Below are positions 19,004-28,641 of a stretch of DNA of 64,000 nucleotides, one piece after another (position 1 is the first letter of the stretch; each line of letters opens with the position of its first letter). Under the pieces are notes generated by a model. The model saw nothing but the letters and a program-made list of their open reading frames with translations. It was not told where the DNA came from and ran no database searches. The translations under genes were made by a program, and so were the position numbers. Source of the DNA: an uncultured Thermococci archaeon (lineage in GTDB: Archaea > Methanobacteriota_B > Thermococci > Methanofastidiosales > B48-G16); assembly GCA_964595645.1 (NCBI GenBank), contig CAZQQT010000004.1, forward strand, positions 64,001 to 128,000. Direction: 5' to 3'.

Positions 19004-19908
19004 TATCCCAGTTCTCCTGCTTTCCCTCGCATGAGGTTCCTGTACTTTTTATGAATCGTGATGATCTTCTTGTTGTCGTCGCTCACTAGGTGGAACTGTC
19101 CTTCTCCATTCCATCGTTGAATAAATGCTTGTTTATCCGGGGCCTCAATAAAGGAAGCCAGTGGCATTAGACTTCTTCCAGCATAGGCGTATGCTGCATG
19201 CGGAATTGCATACTCATTACCATTGAACACGATACTCACACCTCCCCCTTCTTTCACTGCTTTGAGCATCTTAAAGTCTGTGATACTGTCTCCGATGGCT
19301 ACTACATTCTCCATCTCACCGTTTTCCCGTGTTAAAATTGTGTGGATTGCTTCTGTCTTGTATTTCCCACCGACCACTGTAGTATCTTCTATTATCTTTT
19401 TAATTGCGGAATCGAGTGTCTCATAAAATTCGTTGAAGTATGCTTCTATCTCGCTCTCCTCGAGTGCGAGTATCTTCTCTTCTTCATCTCGAAGATCGAT
19501 ATCGTACTCGCGGTACTCGTCCAGCGGAAATTTCGTACAGTAAATGTTATCCTTGGAGATCCCCACTCTTTCTCCGATGGAGTAGGCGTGCTGTTCGTAG
19601 CTTGTGGAAACAATATAACATGGGTGTTTCTTTTTTAGTGTAGATATAATCTCCTTGGCACCTTTGTTGATTTTTGCCCTTGATGAAACTTTTTTGATAG
19701 CCTCCTCCGTGATCCCGTGTGATATCAAGAATGGGAGTATCAGTGCCAGCGTGTAGCCTGCCTCGTAGTCTTCTTTTTTCAGTGCCAATATATCGTCGTA
19801 TTTCGAGATCTTCGCGAATATCTCATGCCCCTGTGGAAGAAGCCCCATCACCTCATACGCATTGTCCTGAGGAGAGAGAGGTCCCTCAAGATCAAAACAG
19901 ATTATCAT
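19003..19908 (-). CDS. EhaR-like HAD-superfamily protein
   Basis: Motifs FDLEGPLSPQDNAYE, YDD, YEAGYTLAL, STSY, GDSITD and FNGNEYA. Confidence 0.8.
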   Translation of the reverse strand: MIICFDLEGPLSPQDNAYEVMGLLPQGHEIFAKISKYDDILALKKEDYEAGYTLALILPFLISHGITEEAIKKVSSRAKINKGAKEIISTLKKKHPCYIVSTSYEQHAYSIGERVGISKDNIYCTKFPLDEYREYDIDLRDEEEKILALEESEIEAYFNEFYETLDSAIKKIIEDTTVVGGKYKTEAIHTILTRENGEMENVVAIGDSITDFKMLKAVKEGGGVSIVFNGNEYAIPHAAYAYAGRSLMPLASFIEAPDKQAFIQRWNGEGQFHLVSDDNKKIITIHKKYRNLMRGKAGELG

Positions 19909-19943
19909 GGGTAGTATAACGAAAGAGAAGAATAAAAGAGTTG

Positions 19944-21299
19944 TTATCCAACGATGAGAATCTCCGGTTTGAGGAGCAGAAGCAGTCCGAGCAGAAACAT
20001 CAGGACACCGCTCACAAGTTTCAATATCCGGCCCTGCCGCTCGCTGAGCTTCCGCCGCCCCATGGTGAACACGAATACCATCACGATAACAAAGAGTGGT
20101 ATCACATAGACGATGTTGTACGCTACTAAGTAAAGGTAGTACTGAAGGGACGGAAGGGCGTTGAGCGTGAGGATCCGAGTGTAGATCGCCGGGAACCCTG
20201 CAGAACAGAGGAGTTCGACGAGATTGGCGAAGAATGCCAGCGCAATGGTTCCAATAACGAGGGGAACTGTGTTCTCCTCCTGGACGATTTTCCTCATTCG
20301 CTTTATCAATCTGGGCTTTTTCGATTCCGGGATGGTAAGTGAGATTCCTTTCTTGAAAAAGAAGAAATCTTTCATATTAACGAGGCCTGCGGTAACTGCA
20401 ACGATGCCGATGAGGATTCTCAGAATATCCACGTAGCCTATCACCAGAAAAAAGTTCAACCAGGCGGTCATAAAAAGGAAGTACACAAATGCAGAGGTAG
20501 CGACGAAGATCACACCCACAATCAGCATTCGACGTCTATTTCGCACATAAATTAACAGGGTGAGCAGGAAGCAGAGTATCCAGATGGCACATGGGTTGAA
20601 CCCATCAAGACCACCGACAACGACGGTGAGAAGCGGTAAACTTATTGAGGATGGATCCACCTCTCCAAAAAATGGTACGGAGACGGTCTCCGTTTTTCCC
20701 TCCCTGCTTTCGATAACCGTGCCTTCGAGATCGATATCTACGTACACTTTTCTACTTTTTGCCGTCCATTTCACTGTGTAGATCTCCTCTCCTATATCCA
20801 CTTCATAACTCGCATTGGGGAACTCGTTCAGTAGCTCCTGTACGAGGGGATCCTTCTTTGATATTTCTACGGCCTCTTCTTTTGTCAGTTCTCCAATGCC
20901 CTTTACCTTGTCCATAGGATCGATACATCCATGCTGGAGACAGTGATCAAGCTTTTCCTTGATTTTTGGTCCGGTAAGTTCCACAGTTTCGAATCCGGCA
21001 ATGTAGTCATTTCCAACGAAGAGGATAGGGGTGATAAATGTTGCATTGTACGCATCGCAGAAATCTTTTAGAAGCTGATAGTTCTCGGCACTTTTACTTA
21101 CCTCATACATTGTTATCTTCATTCCCGGGTACTCATCCTGTATCTCGTTGAGATACTCCTTTTCATCCTCACAGTGGGGACACCCCTCGGACCAGAAGAT
21201 GTACACCATGAATTCATTCTCGGAGGGGGTATCACCGGTAACCATAATGATGGATGAAAATAACATACACAGGATAATACCAAATGCGATCTTTTTCAT
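19944..21299 (-). CDS. Exported thioredoxin/glutaredoxin domain fused to CcdA/DsbD-like membrane domain
   Basis: Signal peptide, GCPHC, then about 6 TM helices with DGFNPCA and ELLCSAG. Start moved to MKKIAFG (AGGTGA Shine-Dalgarno site). Confidence 0.8.
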   Translation of the reverse strand: MKKIAFGIILCMLFSSIIMVTGDTPSENEFMVYIFWSEGCPHCEDEKEYLNEIQDEYPGMKITMYEVSKSAENYQLLKDFCDAYNATFITPILFVGNDYIAGFETVELTGPKIKEKLDHCLQHGCIDPMDKVKGIGELTKEEAVEISKKDPLVQELLNEFPNASYEVDIGEEIYTVKWTAKSRKVYVDIDLEGTVIESREGKTETVSVPFFGEVDPSSISLPLLTVVVGGLDGFNPCAIWILCFLLTLLIYVRNRRRMLIVGVIFVATSAFVYFLFMTAWLNFFLVIGYVDILRILIGIVAVTAGLVNMKDFFFFKKGISLTIPESKKPRLIKRMRKIVQEENTVPLVIGTIALAFFANLVELLCSAGFPAIYTRILTLNALPSLQYYLYLVAYNIVYVIPLFVIVMVFVFTMGRRKLSERQGRILKLVSGVLMFLLGLLLLLKPEILIVG

Positions 21300-21427
21300 G
21301 ATATCACCTTTCACTTTGCCTGGGCCAAAGTTTATAAAGGTTTGCAGGCCGTTTCGAGGAAAACCATAAAAGAAAGAAATGAGTAAGTATAGAACAACGT
21401 TGTCCCACACAGTAATGGTGATCATAG

Positions 21428-21916
21428 ATGAAACGGAGCAGAAAGGTTATTTTTGTGTCGCATTGTCTAATAAATGCAAATGCGAAGGCAGCAGGCACTT
21501 CGAATCATGAGGCGTACTATGAAGGCATCGTAGAGAACCTGCTCCATCACGAAATCGGGCTCATTCAGGCACCCTGTCCGGAACTCACCTACGGTACTGA
21601 TAGACCTCCAAAAAATAAAGAGTTTTACGATACTTCTGCATACAGAAAGCACTGCAGAGAGATCGTGGACGAACTCATTGAAACCTATAGGAAATACGCC
21701 GAAAATGACTACCACATACTGGGCTTTGTGGGGATAGAGGGATCGCCGACCTGTGGCGTCTCCAGGACGCATGTGACAGTAAAAAGAAAATCGGAAAAGG
21801 TAACGGGGAAGGGGGTATTCATCGAGGAGTTAGAAACACGATGCCGAGAAGAACGTATCGATCTCACAACAAGAGATCAGGACGATATGGATGAGCTTTT
21901 AGAGGTGTTCATATGA
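21428..21916 (+). CDS. DUF523/TudS-related putative Fe-S desulfidase
   Basis: Motifs SHCLIN, QAPCPE, GIEGSPTCG and GKGVF. Confidence 0.8.
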   Translation: MKRSRKVIFVSHCLINANAKAAGTSNHEAYYEGIVENLLHHEIGLIQAPCPELTYGTDRPPKNKEFYDTSAYRKHCREIVDELIETYRKYAENDYHILGFVGIEGSPTCGVSRTHVTVKRKSEKVTGKGVFIEELETRCREERIDLTTRDQDDMDELLEVFI

Positions 21917-22950
21917 AAACAGCGTTTATCTATACAGAAAATTTTATGAAGTACTACATGGGCGAACAGCACCCGCTGAAACCGATAAGGCTGAAAAAAA
22001 CCTATGAAATGATAAAAAAATATGATATTCTGGACTTTTATGTAGAGGGAAAGCCGGTGTCCGATGACGATCTTTATCTGGCACACTCGAAGGAGTACGT
22101 GGAGGCCGTGAAGAAAGAAAAAAATCTGGAAATGTATGGATTCGGAACACCAGATAATCCTCATTTCGAAAATGTGTATGAATCGTCGATTCACTATGTT
22201 GGCGCTTCTGCACAGTGCAGTGAGTACGATCACGCATTTAATATTTCGGGAGGATTGCATCATGCGAAATGGGATAAAGCCTCTGGATTCTGTGTGTTTA
22301 ACGATTGCGTGGTGGCAATAAAGAAACTTCTTGAATCTCATGAAAAAGTAGCGTATATTGATATAGATACCCACCATGGAGACGGGGTACAGGAGACATT
22401 TTATGATGATCCCAACGTCCTTTTTATCTCGCTTCACGAATCGGGGAAATTTATTTTTCCGGGAACCGGAAATCCAAGCGAAATTGGAGTGGAAGAGGGA
22501 AAAGGAACAACAGTAAACGTGCCACTAGCTCCCTATACCACGGATGAGATATACCTTTCTCTGTTTAAAAAAATCGTACCGCCAGTAATTGATCAGTTCG
22601 GTCCAGAGGCAATTGTCACACAACTCGGTGTGGACGCCCATTACGGTGACCCGCTCTCTCATATGGCTCTGTCACTGGAGGGCTATAGAGATATCTTTGA
22701 AGAGATGAAAAAACTCTCGGATAAGTGGATAGCACTGGGAGGTGGAGGGTACAATGTGGAAACAGTGCCTAAAGCATGGACGCTAGCCTACTCTGTGATG
22801 CGTGGTGTGGATATTGATTTTGCAGCATTTTTTGAAGAGGAAAAGAAAGAACTAGAGAAGTACAAAAAAATGGGAAAAAATGCAGAATACTTTGCAGATA
22901 AAACGTATAGGGACTTGAAAGGAGAGCTTTCAGCGTACTTTTCACTTTAA
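21913..22950 (+). CDS. Histone deacetylase/AcuC-family deacetylase
   Basis: Motifs HPLKPIR, GGLHHA, SGFCVFND, DIDTHHGDG and GGGGY. Confidence 0.95.
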   Translation: MKTAFIYTENFMKYYMGEQHPLKPIRLKKTYEMIKKYDILDFYVEGKPVSDDDLYLAHSKEYVEAVKKEKNLEMYGFGTPDNPHFENVYESSIHYVGASAQCSEYDHAFNISGGLHHAKWDKASGFCVFNDCVVAIKKLLESHEKVAYIDIDTHHGDGVQETFYDDPNVLFISLHESGKFIFPGTGNPSEIGVEEGKGTTVNVPLAPYTTDEIYLSLFKKIVPPVIDQFGPEAIVTQLGVDAHYGDPLSHMALSLEGYRDIFEEMKKLSDKWIALGGGGYNVETVPKAWTLAYSVMRGVDIDFAAFFEEEKKELEKYKKMGKNAEYFADKTYRDLKGELSAYFSL

Positions 22951-23616
22951 TCTTTTCAATACTTTTCTAAATATTCCTTTTAATGTGTAGCATTCTCTCG
23001 AGGCGATAAAACTTCTCCCAATAATCCTTCGAAACACAACCTTGGCAATCCTATTTTTATGTTCCCGCTGTTCGACGGTGTCGACAATGGACCTGAAGTC
23101 CTCCAAAAGAAGATTTTTTTCCTTGCAACTCATTCTCGGCCGCATCGGTGTCTCGCCTCTTGTTTTGTAGATCTCATAAAAGAGAATGCCTGCAGCCATG
23201 GCAGCATTCATCACAGGATACTTCTCAGATGTAGGGATGGTAACCACCACATCACAGAGAAGAAGCTCTTCGTTGGTAAGTCCGTTGCTCTCTCTCCCAA
23301 TCACAATGCCTACATCCCCCCTCTTATGAATGTTTTTGACCAGCTCCTCAGGAGTGACCGTAATCTTGTACACGGTGCTGGAGATACTCGTTGTGCCAAC
23401 AGAAACATCCACCATATCCAATGCCTTTTCGAGATCATCGACAATGATTGCTGCATCGACAAGATCCTTCGCGTGCACGGCAAAGGTATATGTCTCTTCC
23501 GTAACCTCGCATGGATCAACCAATACGAGCTGTTCTATATCAAAATTTTTCATGAGTCGTGCGAGCGTGCCAATGTTACCTGGAGATTCTGGCTGGACAA
23601 AAACAGCGTAAAACAT
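22942..23616 (-). CDS. trmJ: TrmJ/LasT-family SPOUT RNA methyltransferase
   Basis: Motifs PGNIGTLARLMKNF, GRESNGLTNEE and YPVMN. Start moved to MFYAVFV. Confidence 0.88.
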   Translation of the reverse strand: MFYAVFVQPESPGNIGTLARLMKNFDIEQLVLVDPCEVTEETYTFAVHAKDLVDAAIIVDDLEKALDMVDVSVGTTSISSTVYKITVTPEELVKNIHKRGDVGIVIGRESNGLTNEELLLCDVVVTIPTSEKYPVMNAAMAAGILFYEIYKTRGETPMRPRMSCKEKNLLLEDFRSIVDTVEQREHKNRIAKVVFRRIIGRSFIASRECYTLKGIFRKVLKRLK

Positions 23617-23650
23617 CAAAAAAAATAAAAACGTGGGGAATAAAAAGGTA

Positions 23651-24871
23651 ATGGTGAAAAATCTTATTGCAGGTATAGATCCTGGTACAACGGTCGGAAT
23701 AGCGATACTCGACCTAGAACGGTGTATTCTCGATATATCCAGCCATAAAAATTTCTCAGTGAACAATATCGTGGAACATCTTCTTAAATTTGGAATGCCT
23801 GTAATAATTGCCACCGATGTAAGTGATGTGCATCACACAGTGGAAAAGGTATCCAATTCTTTCCAATGTAGAACATTCACCCCTTCTGATTCTCTTTCTA
23901 TCAAAGAAAAAAATGTGCTCACAAAAAGTTACACAGTCCACAACGATCATGAAAGAGATGCCCTCGCTGCTGCGTTAAAGGCATACGATTACCACAAAAC
24001 AAAGTTTGAAAACATTGATGCGCGACTTGAAAGTTTGGAAGCAAAAAACTTAAGTAAAGATGTAAAAACACTTGTCCTGAAAGATTACACGGTAAAGGAA
24101 GCACTAAAGACTCTCACAAAAAAGGAAGAAGAACGAGAAGAGAAGGAACCGGAAGAGGAAGAGAAAAAAGAAAGGCCAGATCACCCTGAAAAAATAGTTC
24201 TTGAAAGACTAAAGGAGTACAATAGAGAACTTTCGGAGAAAATAGCAGAGCTACAAGAAAAAAATAAAAAATTGAAAATAAAAAACAAAAAAATTATCAA
24301 TGATATCGACAAAGAAGCGAGACAATCCAAAATAGTACGAGAGAAAAAGCGCGCTATAAAGGGCTTAAGAAAAGAATTAAATTCTAAAAAGGAAAAAATA
24401 TCTGAATTGGAACAAGTGATAAAAGGATTGAAGGGTATGAGAACTCTAGAACTCTCAGATGAAGCCTATACAGTAAAAGTACTGGACTACTTCACCAAAG
24501 ATAGAATAAAAGATCTGGACAACACATTCAAGGTGAAGAAGGGAGACATTATTTACATCAAGGACCCCAGTGGAGGCGGCGGAAGTACCGCTGAACTACT
24601 GGTGGACAAACAAGTGAAAGCGCTGATAGTGGAAAATCTCGGAAGAATGTCGCACACCGCAAAAAAAGTGTTTAAGAACGAGGAGATCCCTCTCCTTGAG
24701 ATGAATATAGAAATGGTAGAAAATTTTGGGGTCGTGGACAAAAAACAATTTGAAAAGAAATATAATGAGTATATAACCGAAAAAACAGCAAAAACTACAG
24801 AAGAAGAGAAAAAGTGGCTTGATAGTCTTTTAAAGGATTATAAAAAAGAAAGAAAAGAGAAATTAAAGTAG
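23651..24871 (+). CDS. DUF460 family protein (RNase H-like domain plus coiled coil)
   Basis: IAGIDPGTTVG, IATDV and NDHERDALAAA motifs, followed by a long coiled coil. Confidence 0.88.
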   Translation: MVKNLIAGIDPGTTVGIAILDLERCILDISSHKNFSVNNIVEHLLKFGMPVIIATDVSDVHHTVEKVSNSFQCRTFTPSDSLSIKEKNVLTKSYTVHNDHERDALAAALKAYDYHKTKFENIDARLESLEAKNLSKDVKTLVLKDYTVKEALKTLTKKEEEREEKEPEEEEKKERPDHPEKIVLERLKEYNRELSEKIAELQEKNKKLKIKNKKIINDIDKEARQSKIVREKKRAIKGLRKELNSKKEKISELEQVIKGLKGMRTLELSDEAYTVKVLDYFTKDRIKDLDNTFKVKKGDIIYIKDPSGGGGSTAELLVDKQVKALIVENLGRMSHTAKKVFKNEEIPLLEMNIEMVENFGVVDKKQFEKKYNEYITEKTAKTTEEEKKWLDSLLKDYKKERKEKLK

Positions 24872-26104
24872 TTACTTGAACGCCATTATCTCCATTTTAG
24901 GAGGCTTCTTTGCGATATCGCCAACTTTCACACCGATGATCCTCTTCACATTCTTTTTCGATGCCATATCCACAAGCCGCTGGGTAATCACTCCATCAAA
25001 GATGATTGTATGGGCGTCTTCACTCTCTTTCAAAGTATCTATGAGTTCCTTCACAGATATCTTGGCAATCTCATTACTATCTTCGTCCAGAAGGTAGGCG
25101 TCAAGCGTGCCTGGGAGTTTTTTAATGTAGTCATCGTACTTATTCAGCGTGGATTTCTCTTCTTTCGGTTCTTTGCCCTTTTCTTTACCTTTTCCTTTTT
25201 CCTCATCTGCCATTTCATTTAACGCCTGTTCCAGTGGCACTTTGTTCCGCAGAGCTGTAATTACTTCTTTCTTAGAGAGTTCTTCTACTTCTTTTCCAGG
25301 CAGTGCCTGTGTCACGTAATCAATATCTGCAACATCGACCAGTTCCTGAAGAATGAGTTCTCCTCCTCTATCGCCATCAACAAATGCGGTAACAGTTTTT
25401 TTTCTGCTCAAATCAATGATAGTCTGAGGTGTTGATGTTCCTTCTACAGCAATGGAATTTTTAATTCCGTGCCGCAACAGTGTAAGGACATCTGCTCTAC
25501 CTTCAACGACAATTACCGCATCGGATCCGCTGACATTGGGTCCAGCGGGGAGGTTGTCTTTTCCATACTTCGTGATCTGCTGAACTCTTACAGATTTTTT
25601 TACCTGTTCGGTGATTTCAGCGGTCTCGGGGACCTGTTCGTCCATTATCTGTTGGAGGATCTCTTTTGCCCTATCCACCACATATGTCCTCTTGGTGGTT
25701 CTGACATCCTCGATCTTTAAGATCTTTATTGTAGCTTCGCAGGGACCAATTCTATCTATCGTTTCAAGGGATGCACCAAGAATTGATGTTTCCACCATAT
25801 CAAGACTTGAGGGGATTGTGATCGTCCCTCTGGTCTTTCCCTTATCATGATTGACAGATACCTTTATCCTGCCTATTCTGCCAGTTTTTTGAAGTTCCCG
25901 TAGATCCAGCTCTTCTCCAAGGAGACCTTCAGTTTGTCCAAAAACTGCTCCCACAACATCAGGCCTCTCCACCCTTCCATTAACCGACATCTCAGTGTGA
26001 ATTACGTATTTGGTGGTGCCTATTTCGTTTTTGAGTGTGACTCCTGTCTTTTTCTTTGTTATCATCTCTTTGACCAAATTTTTTTTAGTCTTCATTATCA
26101 TCAC
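24872..26104 (-). CDS. dnaG: Archaeal DnaG (TOPRIM, exosome-associated)
   Basis: Motifs GQTEGLLG, VVEGRADV, DGDRGG and FDGVITQRL. The true start may be slightly downstream. Confidence 0.96.
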   Translation of the reverse strand: MMIMKTKKNLVKEMITKKKTGVTLKNEIGTTKYVIHTEMSVNGRVERPDVVGAVFGQTEGLLGEELDLRELQKTGRIGRIKVSVNHDKGKTRGTITIPSSLDMVETSILGASLETIDRIGPCEATIKILKIEDVRTTKRTYVVDRAKEILQQIMDEQVPETAEITEQVKKSVRVQQITKYGKDNLPAGPNVSGSDAVIVVEGRADVLTLLRHGIKNSIAVEGTSTPQTIIDLSRKKTVTAFVDGDRGGELILQELVDVADIDYVTQALPGKEVEELSKKEVITALRNKVPLEQALNEMADEEKGKGKEKGKEPKEEKSTLNKYDDYIKKLPGTLDAYLLDEDSNEIAKISVKELIDTLKESEDAHTIIFDGVITQRLVDMASKKNVKRIIGVKVGDIAKKPPKMEIMAFK

Positions 26105-26295
26105 CCTTCGTTATTTTATGAATATGATCTTAACTAACATCAGAGATATACTCTCGTCTTTTAATTTTCACTGTCAGCTTTTATAAACTTTGTTGTACAG
26201 ATGATTCTATTATAGAAATGTATGTTACACAACTACATAGAGAAATATTCAACAAAAAGGCTCTATTTTACGAATCTTTTCTATGAACAAAAGTG

Positions 26296-26640
26296 TTACC
26301 TGCTACCAAGATCAGCAACTTTGTTGACAAACTTGTTTATTTTAAATGGTTTAATTAAGAAAGGAATATTTATGTCTCTTTTTTTCTCTATTTCACTTGC
26401 TATGCAGAGGATTTTCGTCTTCGAACTCGCAGCCTTTGTAATATCCACAATGTCACCATTCGGTTTTTTGCAATCTAAAACGATGAGATCATACGCAATA
26501 TCCTTCATGCGTTTCAGCGAATCCGAGACATTTGTTGTCTGCTCTATATGTGAAATTCCGCATTTCCACAAGATCTCTTGGTAGAGGTCCTGGAGATCTG
26601 CATCGCTACAGATCACCAAGACTTGGGTATCTGAATTCAT
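26296..26640 (-). CDS. Stand-alone response-regulator receiver-like protein
   Basis: MNSDTQVLVICSD...YDLIVLD..KP..FLIKPF. Start trimmed to the ATG at 26640. Confidence 0.7.
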   Translation of the reverse strand: MNSDTQVLVICSDADLQDLYQEILWKCGISHIEQTTNVSDSLKRMKDIAYDLIVLDCKKPNGDIVDITKAASSKTKILCIASEIEKKRDINIPFLIKPFKINKFVNKVADLGSR

Positions 26641-26644
26641 TTTT

Positions 26645-27472
26645 TTATTCCTCGTTTTCCTCTTCGTCGCCTTCGTTGCCTTTTCCTGGGTTATCTTCAT
26701 CCTTTCCTTTGCCTTTTCCTGGGTTATCTTCATCCTTTCCTTTGCCTTTTCCTGGGTTATCTTCATCCTTTCCTTTGCCTTTTCCATTTTCTTTATCTAC
26801 ACCTTTATTTTTCTCTTCTTTTTTCTCTGCTCTCTCTCGTTCTCTTTCCTCTTTCCTTGCCTGCAACTCCTCTATTCTTTCCTCTTTCCTTTCATTCCTT
26901 TCTTTTACCTTGTCAAGATATCTCCCTGTTGCACTCATCCTTGCATCTATGGACGTCAGGAGCCCAAAAGCTCTTCCTACTTTTCCATCCTCCAGGGCAT
27001 CCAGTACCATGCCAAAGGTTGAGATGATATTGCTCAGGTGTGTACTCGAAGAGGTTGGGAGTGTCCCATTGGTATCTTGGATGTAGTACATCGTGCCATT
27101 TACATCTCCAAAGTAATACCCATCGTCAGACTCACCAAAATAAAACTCATAGTCACCTATAGTATAGGACGTGGCATTGGTGGCATTCGTATCTGTTGAG
27201 TTAGTATCGCTGTATAGCACGAATACTTCTTCCAATGATTCATATGTGCCCTCTGTCTGCTCATATAATTTCTCTTCAATGGTAGAGTTTGTGTCTGTTC
27301 CGTTCGTATCGGTTCCGTTGGTATCCTCGCTTCCCGTGAACATCGCCACTTCTTCAAAGGCTTTCTCCTTTATCTGCCCCATTACACCTGTGGCCGAAGA
27401 CCCACCGGGGATAGTAAGTCCTACTATCACCGCTACTGCCAGTGCGAAGAACATAAATTTTTTATTTTTCAT
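26645..27472 (-). CDS. Secreted acidic glycoprotein-like protein with repetitive tail
   Basis: Signal peptide, many DTNGT/NAT/NST sequons, charged coil and GKGKGKDEDNP repeats. Confidence 0.7.
   Translation of the reverse strand: MKNKKFMFFALAVAVIVGLTIPGGSSATGVMGQIKEKAFEEVAMFTGSEDTNGTDTNGTDTNSTIEEKLYEQTEGTYESLEEVFVLYSDTNSTDTNATNATSYTIGDYEFYFGESDDGYYFGDVNGTMYYIQDTNGTLPTSSSTHLSNIISTFGMVLDALEDGKVGRAFGLLTSIDARMSATGRYLDKVKERNERKEERIEELQARKEERERERAEKKEEKNKGVDKENGKGKGKDEDNPGKGKGKDEDNPGKGKGKDEDNPGKGNEGDEEENEE
26676..26785. repeat. 33-bp tandem repeat, about 3.3 copies (coding)
   Basis: TTGCCTTTTCCTGGGTTATCTTCATCCTTTCCT at 26676, 26709 and 26742, plus a partial copy. Confidence 0.95.
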
Positions 27473-27550
27473 ACATTTTACTCTCGTTTTGAACTATTTA
27501 AAGCTTTCTTTCACCTTTATTTTTCATTTAAGTCCAAAATAATACTTCAG

Positions 27551-27590
27551 AGTTTTTAATTGTTTATAATAGTTCATCTCTGTTTTTGAG
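27551..27590 (-). promoter_or_regulatory. Helically phased operator-like repeats
   Basis: GTT-initiated pentamers at 27552, 27562, 27572 and 27582 (minus strand AAAAC/TGAAC/TAAAC/AAAAC), upstream of a TTTAAATA box. Confidence 0.45.
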
Positions 27591-27600
27591 AACAGAAAAT

Positions 27601-28557
27601 TTATTCAAATCCGATCAACACTATTATATTTTCTCTCCCCATCTTTTCCTTTCTTATCAATCCTTTTTCTTCCATATCACTTAACAATTGACTTATTTTT
27701 GATTTGGAAAATCCAGTTTCCTTCACAATATCATTCTGAAGATATTTACCGTCATTTTTTTCTAAGATATCGATAATAAAATCCTCATCTGACATGAAAT
27801 CAGCTTTATATTCTTTTTTTCTCGTTTTGATAACGAAAAAAGCAACGATCGCTACAACTATGAGGATTGCAGGAATCAAAAAGTATTTTCTACCCCATGT
27901 GTCCACACTTCCATTTGTATCTTTATCGGCATGTTCTGTGTCTCCTGTCTCAAACCGTTCTAATGTGAGAGAGGGTTCTTTTTCGCCGAAACTTTTGGGG
28001 CCGTACCAGATCAATGCAGAAGATCGTGTTTCATCGGGGGGAGGATATGCTGATGTATAGATAAAGTTCCTTGGAATACGCAGTATCATCGTCTCACCTT
28101 TACTCAAGTAGTAGCCTCCCACAAATGTATCTCCTATTCGGAGGGTGTCGCCTTCCTTTTTCGCAAATCCTTCCCACAAAAACTGGAACTTCACCGCCCC
28201 ATAGTCACCGTTTATCGTTTCAATGATCCCGTAATTAAGATCCAGATTCTTTATGGCCATACTTCTCGTGGTGGTAAGCGCCACCTTGTTAATGATGTCA
28301 CCTATCTCTGCTTTTTTCTCCTCGATCATGACGCCTTTTTCTTCTTCCAGAGCTTCGATATAATCTTTAAAAAACGTTTTATCTTCTTCAGTTTTCAGCT
28401 TGAATCGTGTCTCCAACTCCTAGAAAGCACTGCCATCCTCATAAATGGTAATACGTGTTGTATCTTCTCCCTCTGACCTCTCATCTTCTTCCTGAGAAGC
28501 TATCAATGGGACTAAAAATACCACGATAATAACTATGATAGCGATCTTTTTTTTCAT
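27601..28557 (-). pseudogene. Membrane-anchored wHTH regulator (exported domain-TM-HTH) interrupted by an in-frame TAG
   Basis: MKKKIAIIVIIVVFLVPLIASQ...TIYEDGSAF*ELETRF, with TAG at 28420-28422. C-terminal QNDIVKETGFSKSKISQLLSDME wHTH. Confidence 0.8.
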
Positions 28558-28641
28558 TGTCCCTTCCTCACTCTTTTGCTTTATAAATTTTTGTAGACAA
28601 CTTAGAAGTTAAAAAAGAGAAAGAAAAGGTAATTTTCTTTG

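Noticed and set aside
26676-26785. 33-bp repeats as a CRISPR array
   Set aside because: The copies are contiguous with no spacers, are in frame with a protein, and there are no cas genes.
26641-26787. KAKERMKITQE N-terminal extension of the receiver ORF
   Set aside because: It is an alternate-frame reading of the upstream gene's repeat; the ATG at 26640 follows that gene's stop.
28420-28422. Genome-wide amber recoding (pyrrolysine or alternative code)
   Set aside because: TAG ends normal genes here (for example at 320-322 and 24869-24871), no pyl genes are in the window, and the position looks like a Trp codon.
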